IMG/VR virus record: IMGVR_UViG_3300010011_000077
Coordinates: 1-36,057 of that record
Length of the DNA: 36,057 bases
Source of the DNA: a virus
Taxonomy: Duplodnaviria > Caudoviricetes
Reading direction: 5' to 3' (one strand)
The notes under the pieces were generated by a model that did no database searches, had not been told where the DNA came from, and saw nothing but the letters and a program-made list of their open reading frames with translations. A program made the position numbers and the translations under genes. Each line of letters starts with the position of its first letter. The first letter of the stretch is position 1. Of this stretch, positions 32,942 to 36,057 are shown piece by piece.

Positions 32942-32988
32942 CACAACACCTCCATGAATATCCTATGCCGCACAGTATGTACATGTTG

Positions 32989-33198
32989 CTAAGCAGCTGT
33001 ATCATTTAATTCGAAGAGGTATTCTATCTCATATTCCGGGAAAAATACTTTCTTTATTCTAAGTGCCTCTTCTACATAAAATCTTGACTTTCCGTTTATC
33101 TTGTCCGATACAGTAGCAATACGTACTCCCAGTAATTCTGCTAATTGAGTGGTAGTTATATTTTTCTGCTTCATTGCAAAATGTAAATTTTTATACAC
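32989..33198 (-). CDS. Cro-like XRE HTH regulator
   Basis: ITTTQLAELLGV..ATVSDKINGKSRF..EEA..IK..FFP...IEYLF; GTG start with AAGGAG. Confidence 0.9.
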   Translation of the reverse strand: MYKNLHFAMKQKNITTTQLAELLGVRIATVSDKINGKSRFYVEEALRIKKVFFPEYEIEYLFELNDTAA

Positions 33199-33222
33199 TT
33201 CTTTTACTCCTTTCATATCTTA

Positions 33223-33343
33223 TTTGCGGCACTCCGTAAATTACACTTTTATGATAATCGTAGTACCGTAAAATGTCAAGGAACTATTTGCGGATTTACG
33301 CAAATTAGTATTCTATATAATATGCTTTACGTTTTTCCGTAAA
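33223..33343. promoter_or_regulatory. Four palindromic operators, consensus TTTRCG-N6-CGYAAA
   Basis: 33223-40 TTTGCG/CGTAAA; 33255-72 TAATCG/CGTAAA; 33287-304 TTTGCG/CGCAAA; 33326-43 TTTACG/CGTAAA. Confidence 0.8.
33251..33279 (-). promoter_or_regulatory. Lytic (cro) promoter
   Basis: Minus strand TTGACA, 17 bp, TATCAT; an operator lies in the spacer. Confidence 0.85.
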
Positions 33344-33350
33344 TTTAGGC

Positions 33351-33379
33351 TTTACATTTTACGAAAATCGTGGTATTAT
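33351..33379 (+). promoter_or_regulatory. Lysogenic (repressor) promoter
   Basis: TTTACA, 17 bp, TATTAT with extended TG. Confidence 0.75.
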
Positions 33380-33413
33380 TACGAAAAAGTAAAATTTAAC
33401 CAAAGGGAAAGGG

Positions 33414-33749
33414 ATGAAGATGGAACAGGCAAAAGTTTTAGAAAAATTAATAAAAGAACAGTATCCAAGTGTAAGAGCTTTTGCTCAAAAATGTGGTCTG
33501 CCCGAAAGTACAGTTTACACAATATTAAAAAATGGTGTATCAAGAGCAAGTGTTAATGTCGTGATAACTATGTGCAAGCATCTGGGCATTACGGTAGAAG
33601 AACTGGATGAAATGGCAAAAGGTGAAAAACACGAACCCACTTACGAAGAAATGCAGGCTATTATTGCAACAATGATGGCAAGAGGAGGAAAAAAGCTTAC
33701 CAGTGATCAAAAGATGGCCTTAGCCAAATTGCTTATGTCAGATGACTAA
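33414..33749 (+). CDS. CI/ImmR-like XRE repressor (no S24 autoprotease domain)
   Basis: SVRAFAQKCGLPESTVYTILKNG...V..MC..LGITVEEL; divergent from cro. Confidence 0.88.
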   Translation: MKMEQAKVLEKLIKEQYPSVRAFAQKCGLPESTVYTILKNGVSRASVNVVITMCKHLGITVEELDEMAKGEKHEPTYEEMQAIIATMMARGGKKLTSDQKMALAKLLMSDD

Positions 33750-33760
33750 GGAGGATACTA

Positions 33761-34489
33761 ATGGGGATACTTACTGAGGTACTAGAAGTTTATGCAAAAT
33801 GTGACGTGTATTTATTTCCTATTGACTGCTTTAATATCATAAAAAAACTCAATATTAAGGTCGTACCATATAGCTCATTGTCTTTTGATAAGCAAAAAGC
33901 GTTAAAGGAAGTATCAACCGATTCATATAGAATTGGAAATACAATTTATTATAATGACGATAAACGAGCATTAGTAGAAGGAAGAATCCGGTTTAATTTG
34001 ATGCATGAGCTTGGCCATATTGTATTAGGGCATACAGAAGAATCGGATTACAATGAAAATTGCGCAAACTGGTTTGCTGGTGAGATTCTGGCGCCCACCG
34101 TAATTATATATGAGTATTTTGATTATTATACTGAATCAGCTCAGTCTTCGATTGTAAAGGCCTTTAACATTTCATTGGAGGCTGCTGATACTAAAATAAA
34201 AATATGTCAAGCAGTCCGGCAGGCAGAAGAATTTAATTCGATTAATTATTTTAGGCCTCCTGATTCAGCATATAAATTCCCTTATGACAGCGAATCCCTG
34301 AAAATCTATGCAAGATTTTATAATGAGGATTTACAAAAACTGATTTATAACGTAGATATTTGCCCTATATGTTTGAGAGACCTATATAACGGTGAGGAAT
34401 GCTTTGATTGTAAACGAAAATGGCTAAGATACGGATCACGAAGTATATTTGACGAGGGATGGCAATGGATGAATACGCAATATATCTAA
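33761..34489 (+). CDS. ImmA/IrrE-family zinc metallopeptidase (antirepressor) with C-terminal Cys cluster
   Basis: R.RFNLMHELGHIVLGH; E..ANWFAGEILAP; CPIC...CFDC. Confidence 0.9.
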   Translation: MGILTEVLEVYAKCDVYLFPIDCFNIIKKLNIKVVPYSSLSFDKQKALKEVSTDSYRIGNTIYYNDDKRALVEGRIRFNLMHELGHIVLGHTEESDYNENCANWFAGEILAPTVIIYEYFDYYTESAQSSIVKAFNISLEAADTKIKICQAVRQAEEFNSINYFRPPDSAYKFPYDSESLKIYARFYNEDLQKLIYNVDICPICLRDLYNGEECFDCKRKWLRYGSRSIFDEGWQWMNTQYI

Positions 34490-36057
34490 GAAAATCAAGA
34501 TCTGATTTAGAAGCAGAAGCACGCGGCGAGGGTGAGACTTTAGCTCGTCATGAAAACACGTTGATTGCTCTTGCTAAATCATTAAATATTAAGGTTAGTA
34601 AAATTTATAAAGAGATTGTATCTGGAGAGACAATTGCTGCTCGTCCAGAAATGCAAAACCTGCTTGCAGATGTAGAAAAGGGTCTTTGGGCGGGTGTATT
34701 GGTTATGGAAATAGAACGTCTGGCAAGAGGAGATACCATAGACCAGGGAATTGTGGCCCAAACTTTTAAATATTCTGGAACAAAAATTATTACTCCTACA
34801 AAGACCTATGACCCGAATAATGAGTTTGACGAGGAATATTTCGAATTTGGACTTTTTATGTCTCGGCGAGAGTATAAAACAATAAAAAGACGCTTACAAA
34901 GTGGCCGGCTTGCATCTGTGAATGAAGGTAAGTATGTTGCCAATCAACCACCATACGGATACAAAAGAGTTAAGTTGCAAGGGCAAAAAGGGTATACTCT
35001 TGAACCAATACCAGAGGAAGCTGATATTGTAAGGCTCATTTTTAACTGGTACACAAAAGGAGAACAGCAAGAGGACGGTATCTATCGCAGACTTGGTGTC
35101 TCACTCATTGCACGACGGTTAAATCAACTTAAAATCAAACCGAGAAAAGCAGATGCCTGGGTCGCAGTATCAATCAGGGATATATTAATAAACCCTGTTT
35201 ACGCTGGTATGATAAGATGGAACTGGAGACCGCAGAAAAAGAAAATTGTTAATGGCAGGATTATTAAAGAGCGTCCGAGATCTGAAGATGTTATTCTGAA
35301 AAAAGGGTTACATGAACCTATAATATCAGAGGAAATTTTTAATCAAGCCCAGGAGTTAATGTCAAAAAATCCTGCCAAGCCTGTTGGTGAAAGATATACC
35401 ATTAAAAACCCATTAGCTGGACTTGTAGAGTGCGGCCTGTGCCATAGGAAAATGATACGTAGACCATATAGTGAGAAAACTAAATATGACACTCTAATGT
35501 GCCCAGCTCCCCATTGTAAGAATGTAAGCGCAAAATTGTCAGATGTTGAGGATGCAATTCTGGATGCATTAAAAAAATTACTTGCTGAATATCGTGTTCA
35601 GGTTGGTACTAATGTTAATCCAGACGACACTATACTGACAGTTATAAATAACAAAATACAGCTACTTGAAAAGCAATTAAGAGAAACTAAACAGCAGCTA
35701 AATAAAGTTTATGACTTGTTAGAGAAAGAGATATATACAACCGAGCAATTTTTTGAACGATCTGGAGTATTAAACAAACAGATTGAAGAGCTTAATACAG
35801 ATATTGAAAAACTAAAAAATGAATATAAAAATGAAGAATTAAGAATCCAAAAACGGACAGAAATCATACCAAAATTAGAAAATATAATTAATATTTATGC
35901 CAAAATGCCAACAGCTCAAGCTAAGAATGAAGTATTAAAGGAGGTAATCGAAAAAGTAGAATACATCAAAGAAAAATCAGCACGCTATAAAGGTGTTGAC
36001 CCTAAGGATTTTACTATTAAAATATATCCAATCCTTTTTCCAAAAACAAACGACTGA
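34459..36057 (+). CDS. int: Large serine recombinase (integrase)
   Basis: IYLRKSR catalytic Ser; SG.TI..RPEM; ERLARG; PPYGY; ILINPVYAG; HEPIIS; zinc ribbon CGLC...CPAPHC; coiled coil. Start may be the ATG at 34465. Confidence 0.96.
   Translation: MAMDEYAIYLRKSRSDLEAEARGEGETLARHENTLIALAKSLNIKVSKIYKEIVSGETIAARPEMQNLLADVEKGLWAGVLVMEIERLARGDTIDQGIVAQTFKYSGTKIITPTKTYDPNNEFDEEYFEFGLFMSRREYKTIKRRLQSGRLASVNEGKYVANQPPYGYKRVKLQGQKGYTLEPIPEEADIVRLIFNWYTKGEQQEDGIYRRLGVSLIARRLNQLKIKPRKADAWVAVSIRDILINPVYAGMIRWNWRPQKKKIVNGRIIKERPRSEDVILKKGLHEPIISEEIFNQAQELMSKNPAKPVGERYTIKNPLAGLVECGLCHRKMIRRPYSEKTKYDTLMCPAPHCKNVSAKLSDVEDAILDALKKLLAEYRVQVGTNVNPDDTILTVINNKIQLLEKQLRETKQQLNKVYDLLEKEIYTTEQFFERSGVLNKQIEELNTDIEKLKNEYKNEELRIQKRTEIIPKLENIINIYAKMPTAQAKNEVLKEVIEKVEYIKEKSARYKGVDPKDFTIKIYPILFPKTND

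Larger units (their letters stand above)
184..36057. mobile_element. Temperate siphovirus prophage with large serine integrase; left boundary approximate, right att lies beyond the window
   Basis: Complete ordered set of integration, immunity, replication, packaging, head, tail and lysis modules; no obvious disruption in core genes. Confidence 0.93.

Noticed and set aside
33414-34489. XRE plus metallopeptidase as a toxin-antitoxin or CapH/CapP defence regulator
   Set aside because: Location between cro and the integrase, with operators, is fully explained by an ImmR/ImmA-type prophage switch.

Overview
The window is essentially one apparently intact temperate siphovirus prophage of a low-GC Firmicute (Clostridia-like) host. 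From right to left it carries: a large serine integrase, an ImmA/IrrE-type protease, a short CI-like repressor and a divergent Cro-like gene with palindromic operators; a leftward early operon (small ORFs, full-length AbrB homologue, SMC-like ATPase, Sak4-like ATPase, DUF669 SSB, SF2 helicase, primase-helicase, repeat-rich putative origin, RusA); a late regulator; a Listeria A118-like head and tail module; and a holin plus amidase. The left edge is a truncated ISLre2-like transposase start followed by an OB-fold membrane protein gene. The least ordinary features are: (1) a two-gene convergent cassette bounded by 20-bp RBS-containing direct repeats (31911-32758) that looks like a lysogen-expressed defence gene plus a lytically expressed partner; (2) a self-contained secreted Ig-domain moron inside the tail genes; (3) a hairpin whose loop is an anti-Shine-Dalgarno able to pseudoknot with the tail-chaperone RBS; (4) a late promoter, structured leader and multiple terminators that suggest antitermination; (5) a short antisense transcription unit at the abrB RBS. 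All family assignments come from motif recognition and synteny by eye; no searches or folding programs were run.
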